24,000 nucleotides of DNA from Nitrospirota bacterium (GTDB taxonomy: Bacteria; Nitrospirota; Thermodesulfovibrionia; Thermodesulfovibrionales; UBA6898): positions 1,742 through 25,741 of the forward strand of contig JACRHC010000072.1 in assembly GCA_016217675.1 (NCBI GenBank), given 5' to 3'. Under the pieces are notes generated by a model. It had not been told where the DNA came from and searched no databases. It saw nothing but the letters and a program-made list of their open reading frames with translations. This document shows, piece by piece, positions 7,371 through 14,898 of the stretch (the first letter of the stretch is position 1; each line of letters begins with the position of its first letter). Made by a program: the position numbers and the translations under genes.

Positions 7371-9084
7371 GGTTCTCCTTTTCTGATGGCAGCCTGACAA
7401 TGAATGTTGCTCCTTCCCCAATCCGGCTCTCAACATTAATTGTTCCGTTATGGTCCCTTATGATACCGAGACAGATCGAAAGGCCGAGGCCTGTGCCCTT
7501 GCCGACCGGCTTTGTAGTGTAAAAAGGGTCGAATATTTTACACTGCAACTCTTCTGTGATGCCCGGCCCGGTATCTTTCACCCTGATCTCCACATTTCCG
7601 GATGCAGTCTGCCCGGTTGTGACTCTCACTGCCCCGGAGGTATCTATCGCCTGCATCGCATTTAAAACAAGATTAAAGATGACCTGCTCGATCTGGCGCG
7701 GATCAGCCTGTATATACGGGATATCTGCAAGCTCCTGTTCAATGCCGATCCCGCTCTTTTGAGCCTGAGGGGAAAGGAGCCGGACCACATTTTCAATTAT
7801 GGCATTAAGAGATACTGATTCCCTTATTGAGATAGACTGGCGTGAAAAGTCGAGCAGACCCTGAACGACAGAGCTGCCCTTTCTGGCCTGCTCCGCAATT
7901 ATCTCAAGTTTTTCTCTCTGGACGTTACTGAGGGAGTTGTCTTTCAGCAGAAGTCTTGCATAGCCTAACACGTTGCCGAGCGGGTTGTTTATCTCATGGG
8001 CAAGGCCTGCAGACATCTGTCCGATCGCAGCAAGTTTCTCTGCCTGACAGAGCATACCCTGCTGTTGTTTATCATCAGTAATGTCCCTGAAGGTCTGAAC
8101 TCCGCCCAGGGTGCGGCCGTCGCTGTCCCGGATAATGGCGGAGCTTACTGACACGATCCTGCGTCTGCCGTCCTTTGTGATGATCTCTGTCTCCTTGTTC
8201 CTGATCGTCTTGTCCTCATTATGCAGGGCGCAGGCATCGGCGCATAGCCTTGTTTTAAAAACTTCTTCGCAATGCATTCCGAGGACCTCCTGCTCCTTAT
8301 AGCCTGAGATGTACTCGGCAGAGTTGTTGAAGGAGACGATAAGCCCGTCGCTGTTGCTCACAAAAAGACCGTCAGCCAGACTCTGGACAATGGTCTCAAG
8401 CTTGATCTTCTCTGTCTGTATATCTTTCCGGCCTTTCATAAGGTCATTAAAATTCGCATCAAGGGAGGCAGCCATATCATTAAAGGCCGCAGCCAATTCT
8501 TCGAACTCATTTCCTGCATCAAGAATAATACGGTCCTTCAGATTCCCCTCTTTTATTGTCCTTGTGCCTCCGATAAGCGCGGTAATAGGGCATATGAGCA
8601 GGGAGTTGACAATGGCATTGTTTAGCACAAGACCTATAATATGTACGGCAAGAATAAAGACAACCGCTGATATGATGATATTCCGCGAAAGCGCGTTGAC
8701 CCTTGTCATGGCAAAGGATACTTCAACCTTGCCGAGTCCGGACCCGCCTATCTCGATAGGGTAGCTCACCTTCATGGCATCCGGCCCTTCTTTGCCTTCT
8801 TTTGCCTCCGCCAGTACCTCTCCGTCGTCACGCACGATCCTGAGAGAGACAATATCCTTTTCCTCTGCAACCTGCCGGACATAACGCTCCATGGTGCCAT
8901 AGTCATGAGTGAGCATGGCATCCATCGTTACGGTTGAAAGCACCCGTGCTATTGATTCACCCTTGTCCTTCATATCCTCAAGAAGGACCTCACGTCCTTT
9001 ATATATTATGACCGAGATCAGGACCAGGGCAGATATTGTCAGGATCACGCTCAGCCGTTTATAAAAGTCGCTCTTCAGGCTCAT
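7363..9084 (-). CDS. membrane sensor histidine kinase (short periplasmic domain, HAMP, PAS, HisKA, HATPase)
   Basis: 573-aa ORF. TM helices are LSVILTISALVLISVIIY and IIISAVVFILAVHIIGLVL. A HAMP-like segment (EFEELAAAFNDMAASL) and a PAS-like segment (LADGLFVSNSDGLIVSFNNSAEYISGY) follow. The H-box is SAGLAHEINNPLGNV, with DTGPGI and GTGLGL boxes. Confidence 0.9.
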   Translation of the reverse strand: MSLKSDFYKRLSVILTISALVLISVIIYKGREVLLEDMKDKGESIARVLSTVTMDAMLTHDYGTMERYVRQVAEEKDIVSLRIVRDDGEVLAEAKEGKEGPDAMKVSYPIEIGGSGLGKVEVSFAMTRVNALSRNIIISAVVFILAVHIIGLVLNNAIVNSLLICPITALIGGTRTIKEGNLKDRIILDAGNEFEELAAAFNDMAASLDANFNDLMKGRKDIQTEKIKLETIVQSLADGLFVSNSDGLIVSFNNSAEYISGYKEQEVLGMHCEEVFKTRLCADACALHNEDKTIRNKETEIITKDGRRRIVSVSSAIIRDSDGRTLGGVQTFRDITDDKQQQGMLCQAEKLAAIGQMSAGLAHEINNPLGNVLGYARLLLKDNSLSNVQREKLEIIAEQARKGSSVVQGLLDFSRQSISIRESVSLNAIIENVVRLLSPQAQKSGIGIEQELADIPYIQADPRQIEQVIFNLVLNAMQAIDTSGAVRVTTGQTASGNVEIRVKDTGPGITEELQCKIFDPFYTTKPVGKGTGLGLSICLGIIRDHNGTINVESRIGEGATFIVRLPSEKENHG

Positions 9085-9089
9085 GCTGC

Positions 9090-9917
9090 TTACCTGTCCT
9101 CCACGAAATTGACTATATCACGGGCCTGCCTGAAATCATTGTCAGATACAGTCCCGAAACTCTCAAGCGCAGGATCAACACCTTGAAGCACGCGCCTGTC
9201 TTTAATCCCCATAAGAGCAGTCCTGATCTTTGATTTCAGTCCGGCGGGCAGTTTATTACTGCAGACGATCACGTGAGGCGGGATCGCATAAGGCCCGGCA
9301 ATGACCTTGATAGGTCTGTCTCGGTATTTTTCATAGATATCCTCCCGGACCCCACCTGCGTCGAAGTCTTTGTGCGAAACTGCAAGAACCACCTTCGAAT
9401 GGCTGCCTAAAAAGTCATAGGATTTCAGGTCCTTCAGCTTTACGCCTTCCCTGTTCAGGAGATAGCGGGGATAAAAATGGCTGCCATAGGACTGAAAATC
9501 TCCAAAGGCAAAGGTCTTGCCCCTGAGGTCCTTCAGATTTCTGATGCCGCTGTCTTTGTGCGCTATGATGACAAGCCTGTCGTTTTTATTGTCCCGCATG
9601 ACCAGCCGCGAGATAAGTTCCACACCGCCGTATTTGTCCTTTGCCCTGATATAGGGAGATGGGCCCATGAAACCGAGATCTACCCGTCCCTGGCCGATAT
9701 TAATTATGTGGGACATATAATTTGGCGCAATAACGATCTTTACCGGAATGCCGATCACTTTTGAGAGGTGTTTTAGCAGCGGCTCAAAGCTCTGATATAT
9801 CTGCGTCGGTGTGTCATATGGATATATACCAAAGGAAAGTTGTGCGGGCTCTGCGGCAAGGGCAGAGGTCAGAAACAGTTGCATGACAAAAATTACTGAC
9901 ACAAAAAGCTTATTCAT
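9090..9917 (-). CDS. periplasmic PhnD-like (phosphonate/phosphite-type) substrate-binding protein, orphan (no transporter genes), probable co-sensor
   Basis: 275-aa ORF with signal peptide MNKLFVSVIFVMQLFLTSALA. LSFGIYPYDTP...VDLGFMGPSPYI...GKTFAFGDFQSYGSHFYPRYLL resembles the PhnD family as I remember it. SD AAGGAG is upstream. The kinase starts 6 nt downstream. Confidence 0.7.
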   Translation of the reverse strand: MNKLFVSVIFVMQLFLTSALAAEPAQLSFGIYPYDTPTQIYQSFEPLLKHLSKVIGIPVKIVIAPNYMSHIINIGQGRVDLGFMGPSPYIRAKDKYGGVELISRLVMRDNKNDRLVIIAHKDSGIRNLKDLRGKTFAFGDFQSYGSHFYPRYLLNREGVKLKDLKSYDFLGSHSKVVLAVSHKDFDAGGVREDIYEKYRDRPIKVIAGPYAIPPHVIVCSNKLPAGLKSKIRTALMGIKDRRVLQGVDPALESFGTVSDNDFRQARDIVNFVEDR

Positions 9918-10058
9918 TCACAATCTCCTTGCAATCTGCATGCCCGCAGACGTTTTCAGCATAGAAAACATCTTTTGCGGCACTTTCGCATGTCATGCGG
10001 GAAACCAAATATTTGGAATTAATACCAGGCATCCGGAAATCACAGGACAAAGCTGTTG

Positions 10059-10940
10059 TTAAGAGGTCTTTTTTCCTTTTTTATCAATGTACATCAGATT
10101 GTCAGCCTCCTTCAGCGTCAGAACGAAATCGTCGCCCTTCTTCCAAGTGGAGCAGCCTACGCTTAGAGAAAGGCTGAACCCCTCGTAGGAATTATGCTGA
10201 GCATTCCATTTTTCGACCGCGCCGAGGAGCCTCAGTTTTACTGCTTCTGCCAGCTCACAGTCAGTATGGGGAAGGACTATAAGGAACTCGTCACCACCAT
10301 AGCGGAACAACAGATCTGACTGGCGGATATTATATTCTATTAATTTCGCAGTCTCGACAAGGACGAGGTCTCCTGCCTGGTGGCCGTATTTGTCGTTCAA
10401 TAACTTGAACATGTCGAGGTCCACCATTATGAATGATGCGATCTCCTCATACCGCTCCGATTTGGCCAGGAAATTATTGATATACTCGTTAAAATAGGTT
10501 CTGTTGTAGGCATTTGTAAGAGAGTCTCTTATGGCCATGTTGACGATCTTTTCATCCCTGTTTTTAAGGTGATGTATAAGGATGTTTATATTTTCATAGA
10601 GCATGCGAATCTGGTCTGACTCTATCTGTTTCATTACATCGCATTCAAAACAGCTTCTGTATTTCCTCGCAAAATCCCCCTGTACAGATCCACCGCAATG
10701 CGTTCCAACACGAAGCCAGCATCTGCAGTCAGCGTCTCTGAAAGAAGGGCATAACTCATTGCTGCAATTCTTGATTTCCCAGCATCTGATCCTGTTGAAA
10801 CCAAAATCAAAGGCCGTCCACTTCTCCCAGAACGATTCAGAATTCAGGGAGTGTTCAAGAAAAGCCCTCAGTTCCCTGTTGATAGCAGGAAGATACCCCT
10901 GATAAAGCTTGTCGTCTGTTTCCATCAAGTTCTTTTCCAT
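10059..10940 (-). CDS. diguanylate cyclase: N-terminal Cys-rich 'two-CW'-like domain + GGDEF domain with I-site
   Basis: 293-aa ORF. The N-terminal domain reads CWEIKNCSNELCPSFRDADCRCWLRVGTHCGGSVQGDFARKYRSCFECD. The GGDEF domain has an intact RYGGDEF, and RQSD (RxxD) sits 5 residues upstream. Confidence 0.85.
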   Translation of the reverse strand: MEKNLMETDDKLYQGYLPAINRELRAFLEHSLNSESFWEKWTAFDFGFNRIRCWEIKNCSNELCPSFRDADCRCWLRVGTHCGGSVQGDFARKYRSCFECDVMKQIESDQIRMLYENINILIHHLKNRDEKIVNMAIRDSLTNAYNRTYFNEYINNFLAKSERYEEIASFIMVDLDMFKLLNDKYGHQAGDLVLVETAKLIEYNIRQSDLLFRYGGDEFLIVLPHTDCELAEAVKLRLLGAVEKWNAQHNSYEGFSLSLSVGCSTWKKGDDFVLTLKEADNLMYIDKKGKKTS

Positions 10941-11016
10941 AATAGTTCCTTTAAATTTTATAAGTAAAAAACAATTAATGGACTGAATTTATTGCGACTC
11001 ATCCCGCAGTCCGATA

Positions 11017-11940
11017 TTAAGAAAAAGGGGCCTCAGGCATCTGAAGTCTTTCCATGATTTCGATAACTGAAAGCAGGCTGTGTTTACAATCCGCAGACAA
11101 GTCCTGAAATTCGAGCCCGCTAAAACAGAATTTCTCTGTTATGCCGGTTTTCTTTACAGTACAATCAATATCTTTAAAGCATTTATCCAGGAAAGAAAAA
11201 GACAGTTTGAAAACCCTGTCTGGTCTTATCTGGTGAGCAGCCCGATCGGACACCTTGAGCCTGCAACCACCTTCGCCCAGGTCAACTGTCAGGGCATTAA
11301 TTGAGCAGTCTTCACCGTCTGCTGCGGTCAGCGTCGATTCCAGTCTGGTCACATATCTCCGGTGCTTTCTCAGGGATATCTTATCCACGGACAGCGGATA
11401 CCGGAAAAAAGCCAGAGGCAGTGGAAATGATTGCACTGCCACGAGGTCAGAATCGAAGATATATGCATCTCCATCCTTGATGTATTTCAGACCATATCTT
11501 CCTTTGCCGAACGGAAGACCGTTAATATAGGGCAACTGGGTTATCAGGTATTCATTGACTTTCCAGCCGGTCAGGTAGCTTAACGACTCTTCCTGCCTGC
11601 CTGTCTTTATGAGAATAGGTAAGCCCACATGGAATACCCTGTTGTGGAGGCTGTCCATGATCTCCTTTGAGGTCTGGAAATTCAGGCCTTCTTCGGAGAC
11701 TACCTGTCTGTAGCATTCACATTCAAGGCAGTTTTTGACCTTTGCTGCAAAGGTCCCCTGCACTACGCCGCCGCAGAAGGTGCCTGCAACCGGCCAGCAG
11801 GCCCTGCCAGCGTACTTCCCGTCATGCATGCCATCGAGTCGTTCCTCTTTTGCAACAGGACAGACACCGAGTTCATTGATTCTCGCTCCATCAGTCTCTC
11901 GCCCGCATTTCTTGATCTCCCAGCAGTTGAGCTTTGTCAT
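11017..11940 (-). CDS. c-di-GMP receptor candidate: Cys-rich 'two-CW'-like domain + YcgR-like (PilZN + PilZ) region
   Basis: 307-aa ORF. The N-terminus reads NCWEIKKCGRE...GVCPV...GRACWPVAGTFCGGVVQGTFAAKVKNCLECEC. The C-terminal part has RKHRR (RxxxR) and DLGEGG (D-x-S/G-x-x-G), the PilZ signature. The preceding VGLPILIKTG...GDAYIFDSDLV resembles a YcgR N-domain. The gene starts 13 nt after the kinase stop. Confidence 0.65.
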   Translation of the reverse strand: MTKLNCWEIKKCGRETDGARINELGVCPVAKEERLDGMHDGKYAGRACWPVAGTFCGGVVQGTFAAKVKNCLECECYRQVVSEEGLNFQTSKEIMDSLHNRVFHVGLPILIKTGRQEESLSYLTGWKVNEYLITQLPYINGLPFGKGRYGLKYIKDGDAYIFDSDLVAVQSFPLPLAFFRYPLSVDKISLRKHRRYVTRLESTLTAADGEDCSINALTVDLGEGGCRLKVSDRAAHQIRPDRVFKLSFSFLDKCFKDIDCTVKKTGITEKFCFSGLEFQDLSADCKHSLLSVIEIMERLQMPEAPFS

Positions 11941-11953
11941 ATCGCAGTCACGA

Positions 11954-13885
11954 TCACCTGTCCAACACCTCCCTGATCTTTTTCAAAAGGTCATTTGGCA
12001 ATACCGGCTTCTGAATGAACTCCGGCCCTTTTTCAAAGACTCCCCTGTCCTGAATAAGGTCTCTCGCATAGCCGCTTAAAAATATTGCCTTTATATCCTG
12101 CCACATACCCCTGATATCTTCGTAGGCATCCTTTCCGTTTTTCTTCGGCATTATCACATCCAGCAGCAGAAGTTGAATGTGGTCCTTATTATCCCTGAAT
12201 TTGTTCACAGCGTCCTCGCCGTCCACAGCCTCGATCACGGCATACCCTGATCCGGCAAGTATCTGGCTGATGAGCGTTCTTACCGTAGGGTCATCTTCTG
12301 CCAGAAGTATTGTCTCTGTGCCCCTGCTTGTTGCTGCGGGCTCTCCTTTCTCTTCCTTTCCCTCAGCTGGTGAAGCGATGGGAAGATAAAGCATGAACGA
12401 GGTCCCCTGTCCAGGTTCACTGAGACAGTCTAAAAAACCTTTATGCTGTTTGACAATGCCAAACACTATTGAGAGGCCAAGTCCGGTGCCTTTGCCGACT
12501 TCCTTGGTCGTAAAATAGGGCTCAAATATCCTCTGTCTGGTCGCATCGTCTATTCCTGTTCCGGTGTCTGACACAGAGATCAATACATATCTTCCGGGCT
12601 CGCCAAAACTGTGTTTCTTGATGAAACGGCTGTCCATGTTAATGCTTCCGGTCTGTATGGTCAGAACGCCTCCATGGGGCATAGCATCCCGCGCATTCGC
12701 TGCAAGATTCATCAGGACCTGCTCGATCTGCCCCGGGTCTGCATTGATCATCATATCCTCTTCTGCAGGTATTATCCTCAGCTCAATGTCCTCTCCGAGG
12801 ATCCGTTCTATCATCTTCTTGAAGTCGGCAATAATGCTGCAGACATTCACGGGTTTCAATTCCATTACCTGTTTCCGGCTGAAGGCAAGGAGTCCTCTGG
12901 TAAGCTGGGCAGCCCTGTTTCCTGCGTCAAGTATCGCTTTCAGATGCTCTGATGAGGCCCCATCTTTTTTTATCTGCCTCTGCATAAGGTCTCCATAACC
13001 TATAATGACACTAAGCAGGTTGTTGAAGTCATGGGCAATGCCGCCTGCAAGCGTGCCGATCGCCTCCATCTTCTGGGCATGTCTGAGCTGCTCTTCGAGC
13101 CTCCTCATCTCCGTGATATTGTTCAGAGTCTCGATGACCGCAGTCACCCTGCCGGCCTCATCCTTTATGGGATATGATCTTGTCTCAATATAGAGATGCT
13201 TGCCATCACTGTCATAGTGTGTATGAATGGCAAGGGAAGGAGCACCTGTCTTAAAAGTGCGAGAAGGAGCGCATTCCTCGCCGTTCCAAAAACACGGTTT
13301 GTCCAGATGATGAGAAACCTCGAAGCAGTGTTTTCCTGTTATGTTTTCGACATGGCACTTCACCTGTCTGCAATATGCCCTGTTCGCCGAGATGATCCGG
13401 AATTCAGGGTCGATTATAATAAACCCCTCGTCTATACTTTCGAGGATGTTCCTCATGAAAGACTCGCTTTTCTTCAGTGCAGAATCAGTTCTTTCCAACT
13501 CCATGAGGGATTGCCTGAGAGACTCCGCAGTTTTTTCTTCTTCAGTTATGTCCCGCAATACTTCGATCATCCGGATTACTCTGCCATCAGAATCTGCTAT
13601 CGGAGACGCCGAGATACTGAATACTTTGGACTGGCCGTCACTGCAATAGTGTGTGTGTTTTAACACAATAGGTCTTCCGGTCGAAAAAACCTCCTTATGA
13701 GGGCATTCCTCAGGTAAAGAACAGGGCGTGGGACAATGATGAGAGATCTCATGGCAGTTTTTGCCTGTTATATCTTCACCACTTACACCACAGAGATGAA
13801 GAGCCGCCTCATTGGCAAAGACTACTTTAAAGTCTTTATCAATTATCAGCATGTAGTCAGTAATGCTATTGAGAATGTCTCTCAT
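11954..13885 (-). CDS. soluble hybrid histidine kinase: two Cys/His-rich PAS domains + HisKA + HATPase + C-terminal receiver
   Basis: 643-aa ORF with no TM segment. PAS1 carries [24 protein letters not shown]2 carries [22 protein letters not shown]. The H-box is [15 protein letters not shown], with DTGTGI and GTGLGL boxes. The receiver reads ILLAEDDP...[13 protein letters not shown]. Confidence 0.9.
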   Translation of the reverse strand: MRDILNSITDYMLIIDKDFKVVFANEAALHLCGVSGEDITGKNCHEISHHCPTPCSLPEECPHKEVFSTGRPIVLKHTHYCSDGQSKVFSISASPIADSDGRVIRMIEVLRDITEEEKTAESLRQSLMELERTDSALKKSESFMRNILESIDEGFIIIDPEFRIISANRAYCRQVKCHVENITGKHCFEVSHHLDKPCFWNGEECAPSRTFKTGAPSLAIHTHYDSDGKHLYIETRSYPIKDEAGRVTAVIETLNNITEMRRLEEQLRHAQKMEAIGTLAGGIAHDFNNLLSVIIGYGDLMQRQIKKDGASSEHLKAILDAGNRAAQLTRGLLAFSRKQVMELKPVNVCSIIADFKKMIERILGEDIELRIIPAEEDMMINADPGQIEQVLMNLAANARDAMPHGGVLTIQTGSINMDSRFIKKHSFGEPGRYVLISVSDTGTGIDDATRQRIFEPYFTTKEVGKGTGLGLSIVFGIVKQHKGFLDCLSEPGQGTSFMLYLPIASPAEGKEEKGEPAATSRGTETILLAEDDPTVRTLISQILAGSGYAVIEAVDGEDAVNKFRDNKDHIQLLLLDVIMPKKNGKDAYEDIRGMWQDIKAIFLSGYARDLIQDRGVFEKGPEFIQKPVLPNDLLKKIREVLDR

Positions 13886-13887
13886 TG

Positions 13888-13919
13888 TCTGACTCTCTGA
13901 CTCTCTGACTCTCTGACTC
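13888..13919. repeat. perfect 4 x 8-nt tandem repeat (TCTGACTC; GAGTCAGA on the coding strand) ending 2 nt before the kinase ATG
   Basis: Read directly: tctgactc tctgactc tctgactc tctgactc. On the minus strand this is cGAGTCAGAGAGTCAGAGAGTCAGAGAGTCAGAcaATG. Confidence 0.95.
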
Positions 13920-13963
13920 GTTTTCTTGATTCATGTGCCACCCCTTGTTCATACTTTATGCCT

Positions 13964-14222
13964 TTATTTTAATGTCCCTTTTACAATAACATCCACCGCC
14001 TCTTCCGGAGTAAGCCCGCGCGCCACGAGCGTCTCCATCTGTCGCTTGTCCACGCTGCTGATAGCGGCCTCATGCGTAATCTTCACAATCTCCATGCAAT
14101 CCACATGCCCGCGCGTGTTAATTGCGGTACTTTCCGCAATGCCAGATCAGAGACAGTCCAATGGCGCGGAAGTTCTCTGGCTCTTTTCTAACTAAACCAA
14201 CAGATACAAGCTCGATCTTCAT
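13964..14222 (-). pseudogene. decayed SufB/SufD-family fragment (short N-terminal ORF, frameshift, C-terminal ~60 codons)
   Basis: Minus-strand ATG 14222..14220 (ATGA overlap with the upstream stop) gives MKIELVSVGLVRKEPENFRAIGLSLIWHCGKYRN*. One frame over, 14146..13964 encodes SGIAESTAINTRGHVDCMEIVKITHEAAISSVDKRQMETLVARGLTPEEAVDVIVKGTLK*. That resembles the HEAA-iG-(i/v)d...RGl.eeeA...iv.GF C-terminus of SufB/D proteins. The bulk of such a protein is missing. Confidence 0.45.
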
Positions 14223-14494
14223 GATGGATGCTGACCTTTGACAATCTCGCCCGCAAGCGAATCAATATCGTATAATGCGTCTTGAGAGATATATTTCTTC
14301 TCCTGTGAGTATTGTATCATCTTATCAACGACAGCCCGGAATTCCTCTTTCATGGTAGCCAGCTCACCCATGCCGTCACACCCCTTCTGCCTCTGTCTTG
14401 CGAGCAGATAGATATGAGCATACTCACTCGCATCGGAAAGAAGCCTTGCAAGCTGGTTGTCTGATTTTGATGCCTGTTGAATTGCGTTGAGCAT
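14219..14494 (-). CDS. hypothetical helical protein, 91 aa, no recognisable motif
   Basis: ORF in operon context, preceded by GGGAGAAAAAGA before the ATG. I recognised no motif, so coding status is inferred from position and length only. Confidence 0.5.
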   Translation of the reverse strand: MLNAIQQASKSDNQLARLLSDASEYAHIYLLARQRQKGCDGMGELATMKEEFRAVVDKMIQYSQEKKYISQDALYDIDSLAGEIVKGQHPS

Positions 14495-14511
14495 TCTTTT
14501 TCTCCCAATTG

Positions 14512-14557
14512 AACGGCCCTGCAGTGTGTGCGTGCTGCACTCCGCTGCAAGGCCGTT
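14512..14557 (-). other. large intergenic hairpin (13-bp stem, 20-nt structured loop) between the AhpD-like gene and the 91-aa ORF
   Basis: The arms are aacggccctgcag and ctgcaaggccgtt. The single non-Watson-Crick position is G-U on the minus-strand RNA but C-A on the plus strand, so the element fits the transcribed strand. The loop holds an inner GUGC-A-GCAC mini-hairpin. No U-tract follows. Confidence 0.5.
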
Positions 14558-14581
14558 TCACGGTAACCTGCTGACCGTTTG

Positions 14582-14842
14582 TTAACTACATCCGCAACCT
14601 GCTGCAGCCGGAGCGCCGGCATTCGATGGTGCAGTCTTACTGATAGTTGCAGCGAACTGATCCATCTTTCCCGCAGCGCCCTTCCTGACCGCTTTTGCAA
14701 CTTCGATTGCCTCTGCAATTTCAAAGTCGCTGGCACCGCTTTCCAGTGCCTTCTCAACATGGTACTGCAGACACGGTTGGCAGTTTGCGGTTACTGATGC
14801 CCCGATTGCGATCAATTCTGTAATGCGATTATCAAGCTTCAT
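14582..14842 (-). CDS. AhpD-like / carboxymuconolactone decarboxylase (CMD) family protein with CxxC and a C-terminal GCGCS tail
   Basis: 86-aa ORF: ELIAIGASVTANCQPCLQYHVEKALESGASDFEIAEAIEVA matches the CMD/AhpD helix-CxxC-helix pattern. It ends in an Ala/Pro-rich tail, PSNAGAPAAAGCGCS. A strong SD GGAAGGAGGTGAT is present. Confidence 0.75.
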   Translation of the reverse strand: MKLDNRITELIAIGASVTANCQPCLQYHVEKALESGASDFEIAEAIEVAKAVRKGAAGKMDQFAATISKTAPSNAGAPAAAGCGCS

Positions 14843-14898
14843 GGTATATCACCTCCTTCCTGTTTCTATAGACGAGGAAGGGGCAGAAAAAGATACAC

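Noticed and set aside
9930-9945. GGGCAT-N5-TTGCA sigma-54-like element upstream of the PhnD-like gene
   Set aside because: The spacing fits, but the predicted start (~9919) would fall 2 nt from the ATG and downstream of the AAGGAG SD, leaving no functional leader.
10005-10016. 12-bp palindrome CCAAATATTTGG, and the nearby CGCATG-t-CATGCG (9987..9999), in the gap after the GGDEF gene
   Set aside because: Perfect palindromes with 6-bp arms are expected several times by chance in 24 kb (about 24000/4096). They have no U-tract or partner element, so I cannot assign a function.
13935-13940. Perfect TGGCAC (minus strand) upstream of the hybrid kinase as a sigma-54 -24 box
   Set aside because: The sequence at the -12 position is TCAA (no GC) at N5 spacing, and no better match appears at N4 or N6.
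14147-14149. In-frame TGA inside the SufB/D-like fragment as a third selenocysteine codon (…LDCL-TGA-SGIAEST…)
   Set aside because: A TAG lies 14 codons upstream in that frame with no ATG or GTG start between them. No SECIS-like hairpin was seen. Gene decay is the simpler explanation.
14350-14760. 136-aa minus-strand ORF spanning the AhpD-like gene, the hairpin and the 91-aa ORF
   Set aside because: It overlaps two better-supported frames and crosses the structured intergenic hairpin. Its product is Arg/Gln-rich with no motifs.
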